Below the pieces are notes generated by a model. That model did no database searches. It worked only from the letters and a program-made list of their open reading frames with translations, and was not told where the DNA came from. Source: the human T2T-CHM13v2.0 reference genome, Homo sapiens. From it: a stretch of DNA of 64,000 nt. Position 1 is the stretch's first letter. Each line of letters begins with the position of its first letter. Made by a program: the position numbers and the translations under genes. Shown piece after piece: positions 13,530-30,817 of this stretch. Location of the stretch: assembly GCF_009914755.1 (NCBI RefSeq), contig NC_060943.1; one strand, given 5' to 3'.

Positions 13530-13820
13530 TTAGACCAAGTCTCACTCTGTCACCCAGGCTGGCTGGAGTGCAGTCGCGCAATCTCGGCTCACCCCAACCT
13601 CCACCTCCCGGGTTGAAGCAATTCACTTGCCTCAGCCTTCTGAGTAGCTGCAATTACAGGTGTGCCGCCACCACGCCTGGCTAATTTTTTATTTTTAGTA
13701 GAGACAGGGTTTCGCCATGTTGGCCAGGCTGGTCTGGAGCTTCTGATCTTGGGTGATCTGCCTGGCTCAGCCTCCCAATGTGCTGGGATTACATGAGCAC
13801 GAGCCGCCATACCTGGCCTT
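13530..13820 (-). mobile_element. Alu
   Basis: Antisense Alu motifs. Confidence 0.9.
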
Positions 13821-15139
13821 AGATTTCATCTTAGAATATCTTTCAAAAGTCTATAGAGCTCGCCAATGCTCTGCACCATTTCCCCCACTGTTCACATGGT
13901 TCTTTAATACGGCACATTTGCCACAAGCGATGAGCTGACTCTGTATATTGCTGTGAACTCAGGTGCCTATTTTATTGAGACCTCCTCAGTGTTGATACAA
14001 TGCCCTCCTCTTCCTTCTTTTCCATCCAAGGCGCCACATTGCCTTGAGTTGTCATGCCTCCCTAGGCTCCTCTTGGTGAAAATTTCTCAGATTTTACTTG
14101 TTTTAAATAACCTGAGCATCTGCATTTTCAGTGATGCTGATGCTGCTGGTCTTGGGAGGGTATTTCATGAATGGCTGGTTGAGCTCACAGAGGCAGAGAC
14201 CAGAGATCCTCAGAACTCCGGAAATAGGCTGGATTCATTTATTAAAGTTCACTGTTGTGACACCTCGGTTCTTGTCTTCTTAATTTAAAGGAATGTAAAC
14301 AATAGACACACAGTAAAAGAGATGCAGCACAGAGTAATTCATTGCAAAGGAATAAGAAAATTTTGAAAGGTAAGGGCAGAATAGACAGGACACCCTGAGA
14401 GAGTGGATTTAAGGCTGGCTGCTCCTAAGGATAAGATAGCAAAGACCTGCTCAAGAGAGACTCCCTTTCTCCATCCCCAGACAATTTTGAAACATATTGA
14501 TGCCTGACTCTCACCCTCAAGAGATACGAGTTTGAGTCGATACTTGGAAATCAGGTTTAAAAAATTTTTCCAGGTAATTCTAATGTGCAACAAAGGTTGA
14601 GAACCACTGGTGTACAGTATAAAGAGAAATTTCTAGCATCTCGCTTCATTTACTGTAACCTCGTGGCCCTCAAATTTTTAATGTGCATATAATTCACCCT
14701 CAGATCTTGTTAAAATGCAGGGTCTGATTCAGTGACAGGCTCCAGGTGAGGCACATGCTGCTCGTCAATAGACCCTCATTTCAGTGGTGAGGAGGCAGTC
14801 TCCTCTGGGTTCCAGCTTTGCATCAACTGAGCAAAATCTTACCATCTCTTACTGCTCAAGTCAGCATCTTGAGGCCAGTGTCTGATAAGTGCATTTGAAA
14901 TATTCAATCCTTCTGGTTTCTTACCCAGAATGCTACACTAAGTGTTTTATTTCTCCCACATCCGCTCCTACCCAACGGCTTTCCACCCATTATCACATGG
15001 CAGCCATACTGAGTATGAAAGTGAGCAAATCTAATCCTGCTGTTACACTCTTTACATTTTATTTTCTATGGATTCTATTCTTTTTAGCAAAAAGACCATG
15101 TGCTTTATGTGGCCTAAGCTATTCAACTAAATGACCACT

Positions 15140-15445
<306 letters not shown>

Positions 15446-17187
15446 TTACCCTCCGTACTTCAGGAAGACCCTTCTGTATTCAGTGACTGACTGGGGGTGC
15501 CTTTCTCCATGATGTTTAATTTTTTTGAATGGGGGATGTCTATGGCCCATTCTTGGTGCTTTTCTGTGTAGTTGAAGATACACTAGTTTTGGACTTTTGG
15601 CCTTTATCCACTTTCTAGCGTATTCTTTCTCTGGGGAAAAATGATTGGGAGTTTCGAAAGAGAATCTGCATTGAGAAGCTGTATCAGTCAGAGTCCAATG
15701 AAGAGAAAAAAACCCACAGCAATTTGCACAAGCAGCATTTAATATAAAGCAGGGGCTGGCACACGATGGCCTGCTACCTTCAATAGCCCACAGCTAGAAA
15801 ATAGTTTTGTGTGTGTGTGTTTTACAGGGTCTTATTCTGTCACTCAGGATGGAGTGCAGTAGCATGATCATAGCTTACTGAAGCCTTGATCTCCTGGGCA
15901 CCAGCTTCCAGCAGGTGATTGTGTTAAGTGAAATAAGCCAGTCCAAGTTATCCTGCCCGCTCAGCCTGGCTAATTTTTAAATGTTTTTATAGAGACAGTG
16001 TCTCACTATGTTGCCCAGGCCAGTCTCAAAGTCCTGAGCTCAATTGATCTTCCTGCCTTGGCCTTCCAAAGCGCTGGAATTACAGATGTGAACCAGCACA
16101 CCTGGGCAAGAATTGTTTTTTATATTTTTAAAGTGTGGTAATATGAGCAAACCAGAGAAGAATATCCAACATAGACCAAATAGCCTGCAAAACCTAAAAT
16201 ATATATTCTCTGCTCCTTTGTGGAAAAAAGCTTTCTGACCTCCAAAATAAAGATTTATTGACCACAACATGGGCCTAACTATAAAGAAAAAAGAATTCTG
16301 AAGGATACCTAGGGAGGAAGGTTTCTCAGAGGAATGGGAATCCATTGACAAATTTTAAAGAATGGAGCAGCACAATTGGGTTTACCTAATTTAAAGCTCA
16401 ACATGCCTGTCAAGTGATAATGGATTGGAGGGTGCTGGGTAAGAGAGGATATGGGAGCAATCAAGATTCTCTTATGGTTTTCTGGGAGAGAAAAAGGAGA
16501 ACTGATGGATTCAGGTGCACCTACCCAAACCTGGCTTGAGCAGGTGAGAGGCTGTAACAACGCAAAGGTTGGGGCCGCCCAGGAGAAAAAGGATTACACC
16601 ACCCAAAATTGAGTTTGAATGTTAAGACTGAGGACACACACATACCCACACTCCAAGAGGGTATGAAGCTTATTACATAACAGGATTTCTGAAGAGAGCA
16701 GAGTGGGCTTTCCCAAGCTGGTCTGAATGTGGCTTGAGAGGGCAGAGAAAGGAGGCTGGTTTGGGGTTGGGGTTTTATGGTGCTTAGGGGATGGGCCACA
16801 GCCAGGGGTACTGCACAGGGTTTGAACTCCCCACTGGCACTAGAAGAGGGAGTACCCAGGTTTTCTAATCAGCTTGTCCAGCTGTGGGGTGATAAGAAAC
16901 AAACATCAAACATGGTCAAACTTTTAATAATCCCAAGGAAAGAGCAAGTCAAAAGTGGAGGTATGAACCTCAACGTCTGGGTGAGGCCTCTGGTTGGGCA
17001 AGGGTGGGACCATGGTCACCAGGGGAAATAGGAGGCAGCCTTCTGGGGTCCAGGGGCCAAGGCTGGTGGCTGGAGTATGGAGAGGCCTGTGGTAAGGCAG
17101 CCACAGGCAGGAGCTGGGGTCGTGAACACGCCAGGGGGCCCCATTCACGTGGGGCTGACAAGGCCATAACAGGAGCAAGAAGAAAGA

Positions 17188-17250
17188 CAAGATGGCGGCG
17201 CAGTGGCGCCTCTTCCTCCTGGGATATCCCTCCCACCCCCTCTAGTGGCA
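17188..17250. promoter_or_regulatory. YY1 motif plus minus-strand CTCF-like motif
   Basis: CAAGATGGCGGC (17188-17199); reverse complement TGCCACTAGAGGGGGTG (17234-17250). Confidence 0.45.
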
Positions 17251-18169
17251 GAGCCTAGCACTGCGCTCCCTGCAAAGTTGCCAGGACAGCTCCGTGATTG
17301 CAGGGCCGGCACTGAACCTGTGGACTTAGAAGCTGGGAGGCAATTGACTGGTAACTGACACAGAAGCCCTGTTCCTTTCCCTTGCAGAGGTGTGAGCCTA
17401 TAGGTTCAGTTACTCTGGAGGCTGAGGTGGGAGGATCACCTGAGCCTGGGAATTTTGAGCTGTGATTGTGCCACTACACTCCAGCTTGGGTGACAGAGCA
17501 AGAGGCTGTCTCAAAAAAAAAAAAAAAGTCCTCTGGATGGTCAGAAGAGCAACAGAAGGTGGGCAGGGAGGAGGGGTGGAGGGGGAGAGAAAAAAAGATG
17601 GAGAGAGAAATTTGTGGACCCCAAGAATATAGCTCACCTAGAAAGGTTGGAACACCTGAAATGGAAGTAGTGGCTTGTCCGCAGGATCATAGAACTTGTA
17701 AAAGAATCCCGTGCACCAAATAAAGCACGCAAATAACAGGAAAATGCCAGAAAGCTGAACACCTGGGTGGCAGTCTGTGCACCCCAGTGAAGGGACGTGA
17801 ACAAGTGGCTCCCATCGGTGTGCTGGCAAGACACACACTGGCTGGAGGTGAGGGTTGTGATATTAAGAAGGACTGAGGTGAACAGTTTTGAACGTTGGGA
17901 TGTCAACAGAATGAGGACGCGTGGGGAGACGTTATCCGGTGTTACAGACACTAAATACATTTTTTTTTCTTACAATAAGAAGTTGAAGATCTGAGTGGAT
18001 GAGAACTGGAGAAAGTAGGGATGCAGTGTCTCTTCGTCAATTCAGGTTTTGCACGGGGTAAGGTGGCTGTGTCTAAGCCGGTGCCACTAGCATCATACGC
18101 ACCCAGCTTATGTTAAAAATTTAAAGTTAGAATGATTTTATAGCTAATTTGTATAGTTATGACAGATGT

Positions 18170-18183
18170 CCAGCAGATGGCAG
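18170..18183 (+). promoter_or_regulatory. CTCF core motif
   Basis: CCAGCAGATGGCAG matches CCASYAGRKGGCRS. Confidence 0.45.
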
Positions 18184-18669
18184 AAAAGATCTTGTTCTAA
18201 CAGATAACAGCTAGATGGTTCTGCTTCTGTTTGACATTAAACATAACCAAAGCGTCAAACAACAGAAAAGGTTATCTAACTGATATACCAGTGAATGAGC
18301 ATCTTTTTTTTTTTTTTTTAAATAAGTCTTCCTCTCCTGTTAGTGTGAGGCTAAATTTGGTGGTTCATATGATGGTTCACTCGATCTGACATTTTTTTCT
18401 TGTACTCTACTAGAATGTATATTTAAATTTTATAATGAAATATTTTATTATTATACAAATCATTGTTGTTGGTCCCAAAGTATTACATAAAGATAAACTT
18501 TGGTTGCTATATATAATTACATTCTAATTAGTGTATAGACTATTTTATTTATTATACAATTTCAGGAGGAGACCAATGTTTTCATCATCTTACCTATTAG
18601 TTGTAACAAATTCTAGGATAAACTGCTAACATTATTATATTATTTTTTCTGGTGTCAAATGAGGTCTTT

Positions 18670-19275
18670 GTAGCATGTGTCACAATGTCCTCCCTTTGGA
18701 AAGGGGAATAATATTCCATTGTACAGATGGACCATATTTTGTTTATCTATTCCTTCAGTGAACGCTTGGATAGCTCCTACTTCTGAGCTATTGTGAATAA
18801 CGTTGCAATGAACATAGGAGTATGAGTTCCTGCTTCCAATTTTTTAGGTACATAAGCAGAAGTGGCATTCCTGGATTATATCGTAATTCTATGTTTAATT
18901 TTTGGGGGGGGCTGCCATGCTGTTTTCCTTGTGTATTAACAGTATACCAGGGTTCCCATTTCTCCACATCCTTGGCAAAATTTGTTATTTTCTGTTTTTT
19001 GATAGCAGTGGTGTGGTTTTGATTTACATTTCCCTAATTATTAGTGAGGTGGAGTGCCTTTTCTTGTGTCTGTTGGCCATTTGTAGACCTTCTTTGGAGA
19101 AATGTCTAAGTTCTTTGCCCATTTTAAAATCATGTTGTTAGTGTTTTGTTGTTGAGTTAGCGTTCTTTATATACTCTGGAGATGAACCCCTTTTCAGATA
19201 TGTAATGTGCGAATATGGTATCCCCCTATTCCATTGGTTGCTTTCACTCTGTTGATTGTGACCTTTGATGCAAAA
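18670..19275 (-). mobile_element. L1M fragment
   Basis: AATAATATTCCATTGTA...GCTATTGTGAATAA...TTCTTTGGAGAAATGTCTA antisense L1 motifs. Confidence 0.8.
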
Positions 19276-20444
19276 ACTGTGAGTTTTAAAATATATATTT
19301 TAAAATATATATTTTCTTATTACAATTTTATTTAGGAATAAGTGAGGTACAGTAAATGGCACGTTATCAGTTTATGATTTGTCGTGTTCTGACATTTTCA
19401 CAGGCTTTCTGCATTTTTAAAGCTGCTCCCATTGGAAACAGGAAAGGAACTTCCATTTTAGTTAGGAAAGCTTTTGAATAATATTTAGATAGTCCAAAAA
19501 ATACACAAAGTGATATATAACCTACAATTCCAAGAACGTCAATATTGAGCAAAGCGTGGACAATAGCCGGCTGAGCGCACAAGGTGGGGAGTGGGGAGGG
19601 AAGCTATGGATTTGCCTGTGGTGGGGAAGACTTTGCCCAGTCAGCCACAGAGAATTAGAAAGTCTGCCGCCCGCTGCTGCCCACGAGCAAACAGAAAAAC
19701 AAAAAACCCAACCTGCCTCAGTGCTCACAGGCCGACTCTGTGCCGTAGCCCAGTGCAACTCTCCACCTGCCATCTCACTGTTTCACTCCCTCTAACGGGT
19801 CCACGTTGATTAATTCCCAAACCCCTCTTGCCTGTGACCCAACGTGGTTTTTCCCTTTGGCTTTTTTTTTTTCTCCCTCAAAGAAGCTGTTTTTCTTGCC
19901 AGCCCTGAGATGGGTTGAATAAATTGATCATAATTACACAGCCTACCTGGACGGATGAAAAACATGGTGTCGTCTATTCTCAGGGTCCCTAGGAGGGTTG
20001 TTAGGGTGGTTTTAATGAGTCCCAAAGCACCTGGCTCTATTTCTGCCCGTTGAGCTGCTAAACTGGCATCAAAAAGTTAACTCTGAGGAGGCAGAAAACA
20101 TGATTTGTTAACTGCTGGCCTCAAGGGTGACTTGATTTATTTCAGGGCTTATTTAAAAAACAGTAATTATTGCCTGTTTCCAATCCTGAAGATAACATAC
20201 ATGCATGTAGTGAATACATTTGGAAATTGTATTCCCATGAAACTTTTAATGAGATATTTGAATAGAACTTGTTAAGTAGCTGGTAAAGTTCAGAAGAGAA
20301 AATGCACACACACTAAAAAACTAGAAACACAATAAAAAGAAAGAACAGTCAGGAGGAAATGCTTTAAAATACAGAAAAAAGGATAATGGAGAATATATGT
20401 CATCCATAATCCCACCATAAAGAGAGGATTTTAAATTTTTTGTT

Positions 20445-20748
20445 GTTTTGTTTGTTTGTTTGAGACAGGGTCTTACTCTGTTGCCCAGGCTGGAGTGCAG
20501 TGGTGCGATCATAGCTCACTGCAGCCTTGACCTCCTGGGCTCAAGCAATCCTCCCTCCTCGGCCTCCTGAGTAGCTGGGATTATGGGTGCACACCACCAC
20601 ACCCGGCTAATCTTTTGTGGTTTTTGTAGAGACAGAGTTCTGTCATGTTGCCCAGGTTGGTCTTGAACTCCTGAGCTCAAGTGATCCTCCCACCTTAGCC
20701 TCCCAACCAAAGTGCTGGGATTACAGAGTAAGCCACTGTGCTCAGCCT
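20445..20748 (-). mobile_element. AluJ-like
   Basis: Antisense Alu motifs. Confidence 0.9.
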
Positions 20749-21749
20749 GTATTTTTAATATGTAGTGCATGTCCTTACATTTTTCAGGTGTGTGCGTGTA
20801 TACATATATACATACATGCATTATATATATTGTATATACACATATCCACAGACACGTATTTTAAGATGCAGAAAAACGGGGGAGACACTGAGGAGATTTA
20901 AACATGGGTGTGGCATGATTCAAATTTCATATCATTCTGGCAGTTAGTGTGGAGACAGATATAGGGGCAGCCCCTGGTGGCAGGGACCAGTGGGCAGGTC
21001 ACCCAGGGCTTGATCCCTGACATCCAGTCGTGTGACGATTGTGTCCTGAGTTCAGGGAAGGGCTGTTGATGAAGCAGAAGAAATGTTTGAGAAGCATTGG
21101 AAAAATCCGGAGCCACCTGTTTTGCGATGGATTATCTGTTGCAGATAGTGGTGAAAAAAAAAAGCAAACAGGTGGTTCTGGGATCCCCCCGAAAGGGAAA
21201 CCCAAGATGAGGAGCTGGTGGGAAGGGGAAATTAAATGCTCATTTAACTTAACATGTGGGATGTCCAGAGGTGTATTTGCCATCAGGGGAATACCTGCGT
21301 AAGGGCTCTGGAATAGACACCTGACTTGGCTATCATTTCTAGCGGGGTTAGATAGCCCCTCAAAAGACAGAGTGTGGAGAGAAGAGCCACATGTCAGGCT
21401 TAGGTCCAAGAGGGGCGAGTTTGCAGAAGGAGTGATGGCAGGAGAGCGGGGAACCAGGGGCATCCCAAGTTTGGACAGAAGCAATGTGAATGGACACGAA
21501 AGGAGAGATTCGAGTGAGATTTACACGTTAGAATCCCTGGAACCAGGTGACTGATCAGGGCTGGGAGAACAAAGGGAGGCAGGTGGAGATGAACCCAAGG
21601 GCTGATCTCCACGTTCCCAACAGATGTCACGGGAGGATACAGAACACTTGTCCCTGGGATATGGACTGCAGTGTCCCTGCAGTACTAAACAGACCATTGG
21701 TATGTGGGAGCGAGATGCCCACCATTGTTACCTGGCTGAAGAGCTGGTC

Positions 21750-22480
21750 CCCTTTCACACCTGGCTCCTGCCTCCCACCACTGCCCATCTTCTTAGACAC
21801 AGGCGCCGGGGGACTCTGCAAGCCTTTCACACCTGGCTCCTACCTCCTACCACTGCCCATCTTCTTAGACACAGGCGCTGGGGGACTCTGGAAGCCTTTC
21901 ACACCTGGCTCCTGCCTCCCACCACTGCCCATCTTCTTAGACACAGGCGCCGGGGGACTCTGCAAGCCTTTCACACCTGGCTCCTGCCTCCTACCACTGC
22001 CCATCTTCTTAGACACAGGCGCCAGGGGACTCTGCAAGCCTTTCACACCTGGCTCCTGCCTCCCACCACTGCCCATCTTCTTAGACACAGGCGCCGGGAG
22101 ACTCTGCAAGCCTTTCACACCTGGCTCCTGCCTCCCACCACTGCCCGATCTTCTTAGACACAGGCGCCGGGAGACTCTGCAAGCCTTTCACACCTGGCTC
22201 CTGCCTCCCACCACTGCCCGATCTTCTTAGACACAGGCGCCGGGAGACTGCAAGCCTTTCACACCTGGCTCCTGCCTCCCACCACTGCCCGATCTTCTTA
22301 GACACAGGCGCCGGGAGACTGCAAGCCTTTCACACCTGGCTCCTGCCTCCCACCACTGCCCGATCTTCTTAGACACAGGCGCCGGGAGACTCTGCAAGCC
22401 TTTCACACCTGGCTCCTGCCTCCTACCACTGCCCATCTTCTTAGACACAGGTGCTGGGGGATTCTGCAAGCCTTTCGCAG
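21750..22480. repeat. 72-bp minisatellite, ~10 copies
   Basis: Unit CCTTTCACACCTGGCTCCTGCCTCCCACCACTGCCCATCTTCTTAGACACAGGCGCCGGGGGACTCTGCAAG; 24-aa periodicity in the ORF track. Confidence 0.95.
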
Positions 22481-22693
22481 GTTCCCAGGACTCAGCTCCC
22501 ACCCGCCTCTTGGTGCTATAACAGGGTAGTGAGGGGGTGTGGTTTCAGCACAACCAAGCTTATCTCTTCTGTGAGCCTTTTCTGGGCCACCAATAGAGTC
22601 TTCCATAAATACTGAGCACTGACTACGTATCAGGTCTCGTGTGGGCACAAGGGACACTGAGAGGAAATGGAGTCCTTGTCCTTGAAGGTCTCA

Positions 22694-22970
22694 CCTTCCA
22701 GTGTGGGGGTGACGGACACGCCTTCCAGTGTGGGGGTGACGGACACGCCTTCCAGTGTGGGTGTTGACAGACACACCTTCCAGTGTGGGGGGTGACAGAG
22801 ACGCCTTCCAGTGTGGGGGTGACGGACACACCTTCCAGTGTGGGGGGGTGACAGACACACCTTCCAGTGTGGGGAGTGACAGACACACTTTCCAGTGTAG
22901 GGGGTGACAGACACGCCTTCCAGTGTGGGGGGTGACCGACACGCCTTCCGGTGTAGGGGGTAACAGACAC
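22694..22970. repeat. ~27-30-bp G-rich minisatellite, ~10 copies
   Basis: Unit CCTTCCAGTGTG(G)nTGACRGACACR. Confidence 0.92.
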
Positions 22971-23009
22971 ACAAACACACTTGCTGTGGTTTTTGAAGAT
23001 GATCACAAC

Positions 23010-23500
23010 ACTCTCCCATCTGATCTGTTCAAATGTGTCAGGTCCTCATCAAGAGGTGGAGTTGGATTTCCATCCCCTTGCATCTGGGCAGGGCTGTGAC
23101 TTGCTTGTCTCCAACAGAAAGTGGCAGAAGGGACATTGCGTGACTCCTGAGGCTAGGTCAGAAAAGACGACACAACCTCCCCCTTAAGTGCACGAAGGCC
23201 TCAGTTCCCCTCAGCTGTCCCATTGTCCAGAGGCTGCCATGTTGTGAGGGAGCCCCACCTAGCCCACGACACACGGAGAGGACCTGAGACAGCATGAGAA
23301 GAGAGAGCTGGTGGGTGGGCCCCAGCTGTTTCAGTCACCTGGAGATCCAGCTCTAGTCAGCACAGAAGAGACCCTGAGCCTAACCACCCAGCTGAGCCCA
23401 CCAACGATTTCCTGACCCACAGAGATACTAAAAGCACTGTTGTTCTGAGTCACTGAGTTTTGGGGTGATGTGTTATACAGCTACAGATAACTGGAACAGC
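23010..23500 (+). mobile_element. MLT1-type MaLR LTR
   Basis: CCTGACCCACAGA...CACTGAGTTTTGGGGTGATGTGTTATACAGCTACAGATAACTGGAACA 3' end. Confidence 0.7.
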
Positions 23501-24014
23501 ATTGTGTCTTCCCACCCTGTACTTATTTTATTAATTTTTTTTTTAAAATAGAGATGAGGTCTTACCATGTTGCCCAGGCTGGTCTGAGCAACATGGTAGA
23601 ACCATGAACTTCTGAGCTCAAGCAATCCACCAGCCTCGGACTCCCAAAGTGCTGGGATTACAGATGTGAGCTACCGCGCCTGGCTGCACCCTGTAATTCT
23701 GATCTTACCCTCTTCTTACCTGGACCCTCGTACGATTTCCCTGGGATCTCAGTCTCTAGAATTCAATCAGCCTTTTCTTTGGGATTTGGTTCCTGTTCAT
23801 GCCTCTCGTTTACCCGTTCTGTCCTCTCTGCCCCTTTTGTTTATTGAGAGGCACTTGTGAGATCTATGGAGGTATGCTTGTGGCGTGTGTACTAAAAATT
23901 TTAGTGGCAGAAAATTCATGTGTTTGAGTAGCTAAAAATGGATTTTAAGGGAGTTTCATACTCAGGATTTGTGTGCATGCCAAGCAGCTTATCTGAAAGT
24001 AAATGAAAAAGTTG

Positions 24015-25684
<1,670 letters not shown>

Positions 25685-26139
25685 CTAATCTGCCTCCATT
25701 AATCATGGAGGACTTCCTGAAGGAAGTGACATCTGAGCTGGGACTTTCCCTTAGCTCAGGGACATCTTTCTCCCAAGCATGGCCCCCACTGGTGAATGAA
25801 ACCTAATTTTCTTTAGAGAGAACCCTGTTATCTGTCCAGTATTCCCCAGAAGAGGCTGGATAAAGCACAGATAGCTGCCTGACTTGAAAGTGTCTTTCAG
25901 GACTGGATCAGATCCAGGAGCAAATTGAGAGAGAGAGGGAGAGAGAGAGGGAGACAGAGAGAGAGAATCAAAATACAACTGAAAAGTGTATTAGGGGAGA
26001 AAAAGGGGAGAAAAAGAGATTATTTCTTCAGACTAATATCCTGTTTGGAAACACCAAAAACTGATATTATTGAAAATTTCACATGTAAAATAAAGAGCTT
26101 AAATAACAATTCAAGTCTAAAGTTTGGCTATCACAATTT

Positions 26140-27290
<1,151 letters not shown>

Positions 27291-28268
27291 CAAATTTAGT
27301 AGATTATAAATTCCTTAGTGATGGGTAAGGTAGGAGTATGTATTACTGAACATAGAGACACTTGGTAGAGACTCCTCACATGCACATCTGAATGATGCCT
27401 TGGGACTAGGCAGTGATCCTTTGCCCTTCTTGGGGCCAGGCATACCTCCAATGACTTGGTAACAGCTTCAACTCTTCTTCCAAGAAGATTGCCCACATAC
27501 TCAACATTTAGCAGTGGGCTTCTGGAATGTGGTGATATCTAAGGTTCTTCCAGCTTTGGCCTACATGAGACGGTGAGCTGGGTGAAGTGCATTTTAAGGG
27601 CAAGCGCTGAGCTCCAGCTTATGAGGAATAGCCCTCCAATGTGCCAGGAACATGTTATGTGCCCTCTGGAACAAATAATATTTCACTTTTCCGAAAGCCA
27701 GAGCTTTGGGATCCCAGATCTAGTAAGAATCATCTTATTCATCTTCCTTTCATCTCCAAGCCAGAAGGAGGCTCGTTGAATTTACAGGGATGGAGTTGCA
27801 AAGGGCATTAAGGAATCCTGCATCTATGCTATCAGGACCTACCAGTCCCAAGTGGCTTTGATAGATAAAATGTTCTGAGTGCCTTAACCCAGAAAAACTG
27901 CAACTCTAGACCCTGGATGTTCTAAACGACGCAATCAGAACATCTTCCCATATTCTTTGGAAGAAACTCTAACACTTTCCTCTTTCTACTTCTACCTAAA
28001 ACATCTGAAAGAAGGGAGGCGAGAGAGGAGAGAATTATGCATTTAAACAAAGACAAGGAATTGCGAAAATCACCATTTTTAAAGAAGTATAGATTTCATA
28101 AGAACCTCTGAGATGATGATAATGCATGATAATAACATGTAATAACAATAATTATAATAGTATTATGCTTCTATGAGCCATATAAATATTATATGCTATA
28201 CATATTGCTAAGTGTTTTACAACCTTCACCTCATTTATTTCCCCCTAAAAGTCTATGATTTTATGTAA

Positions 28269-28617
<349 letters not shown>

Positions 28618-28913
28618 AAGAAAGACTTTTTGGACACTATCTCAGGGTAAGGGAGTAGCAGGATTGGGATTTACACCTGGATCTGACTCTCAAGCTCATG
28701 CTCATTCCACTACAGAAAATGACCTGTTTGTTCAGGTCTTCCTATTAACTGAGATCTTCCATCTTCCAGGAATGATGCAGTACATTCCAAGAAAGATGTG
28801 TTATGGAAGTGACATCAGATCTGAATCCTGAAGTCAAAGTTTCATTTAGTAGAAATCAAGGTAAGATGAGGAAGTGTTGGGAGACTGGACTATGAAGTAT
28901 GAAGAGTCTGTAT

Positions 28914-29123
28914 CAGAGGCTGGCAAACTATAGTTGACCATTTGTTTTTATAAATAAAGTTCTATTGGAACATAGCTAGCTCCCCTTGCTTATGTATTGT
29001 CTCTGGTGGCTTTCTCACTACAGTGGCAAAGTTGAGTAATTGCGACAGGGACCATATGGCTAACAAAGACAAAAATAGTTACTATCTTGCTCTTGACAGA
29101 AAAAGTTTTCCTACTCTTGATCT
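28914..29123. mobile_element. MER58A-like hAT MITE
   Basis: CAGAGGCTGGCAAACTATAG...AATAAAGTTCTATTGGAACA. Confidence 0.7.
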
Positions 29124-29161
29124 AGGTCACACTAAAGCTTTTAGTCATAAATGCTATCCTA

Positions 29162-29531
<370 letters not shown>

Positions 29532-30817
29532 TTATTTCAGAATTACAAAAAAACCATTCTCAGATCCATCCTAGCACAGGGCACTCCCATGATAAAGGCA
29601 TCAACAACACAATTCCAAACCATCTTCACTTCTCAATCTTTCACCTTGAATACCATTTCAACAAATATTAATTGAGCATCTAGTATGCACCTATACTCTA
29701 TGTAAGTGGTTAAAGCTGTAAGCAAGCAGTAAGGCTTGAAACTTAAAGCTGGTGGAAAGTAAACTGAGGAAGTGAGCTTTCTCTTTGAGAGATCCAATGG
29801 AAGGAAGACTATGTACAGAAGGACAGCAGCCAGAGGTTGCCTTAGAACACAAACAGAGCTGAACTTCTTGAATCAAGCAGGTTTTTTGGGTTCCAGTGGC
29901 AGAAACGGACTTTGGCTAGCTTAAAAGAGAAATCACTGGAAGGAACTGGCAAAGGGGTGGAGTTCAAAGGATTAAAGTGAAGGCTGGAGAGTGGGTTTGG
30001 GAAAGAGTGAAGCCTGGGAAACCAAGAGATTTCTGTATCATGAGCCACTCAACACTCTCACCTGAAAAGCATTAAATCTGCTTCTTCCACTCTTGCTTTA
30101 CTCAATTCGAGATTTAAAGTGCCAGGTAAGCAGTCTGATTAGCCTGGCTTAGGACAAAGGTTGGTTGGCTTTAGTGTAAAAATAAGGATCTGGTGCAAGG
30201 AGCTTTGAGGGACCCTGCTTGCTTTTCATTATGAGAAAATGGGCACATGCATTAACTATCCCACCAGGACCACATACAGTGGAGCAGAGGTAATTCTTCC
30301 AAAGGAAATCAGGGTATAGAGACTTAGCAGCTAAACAAGTTCACAAATGTCAATCATACCTGTATAGATTCAAATCCTACCTCTTCCAATTATTGGCTTT
30401 GTTGACTTTGGGCAAAGTTATCTCATTTGCAAAGAGAAATTATAATACTACCCAGCTCTTAAAATTATGAGCTAATAGATATGAAGTGCTTAGAACCATG
30501 TCTGGCACATCATAATCACCCAATTAAGCTTAACTGCTGAGAGTATTATGATTATTACTGCATGCTTGCTAAAAATAGCACCAAGTGATAGAGCCCACGG
30601 TGAGATCTAGGCCCTCATTCCAAAGCTCCCGCTCTTTCTGCCAAGCCAAGCTGCCTTTGCGGATCCAACCTCAGTTAAATGAGATGATAATGTGTGTGAA
30701 GTTGTTGGGGCAGGTGCCCAAAGAGGATGCTCAATTACTGTCCAAGACTTTCTTCCTCTCTCCCCAAAGAAGTGAGTAGGCTTAGGCTTTGCTTTCTGCT
30801 TGGGAGATGCCCCCACC

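Noticed and set aside
17634-17960. 108-aa minus-strand ORF in non-Alu sequence
   Set aside because: No recognisable homology or splice context
21547-23019. Repetitive ORFs (227, 177, 127 and 129 aa)
   Set aside because: Products of stop-free VNTR units; frameshifted by unit indels; no supporting gene structure
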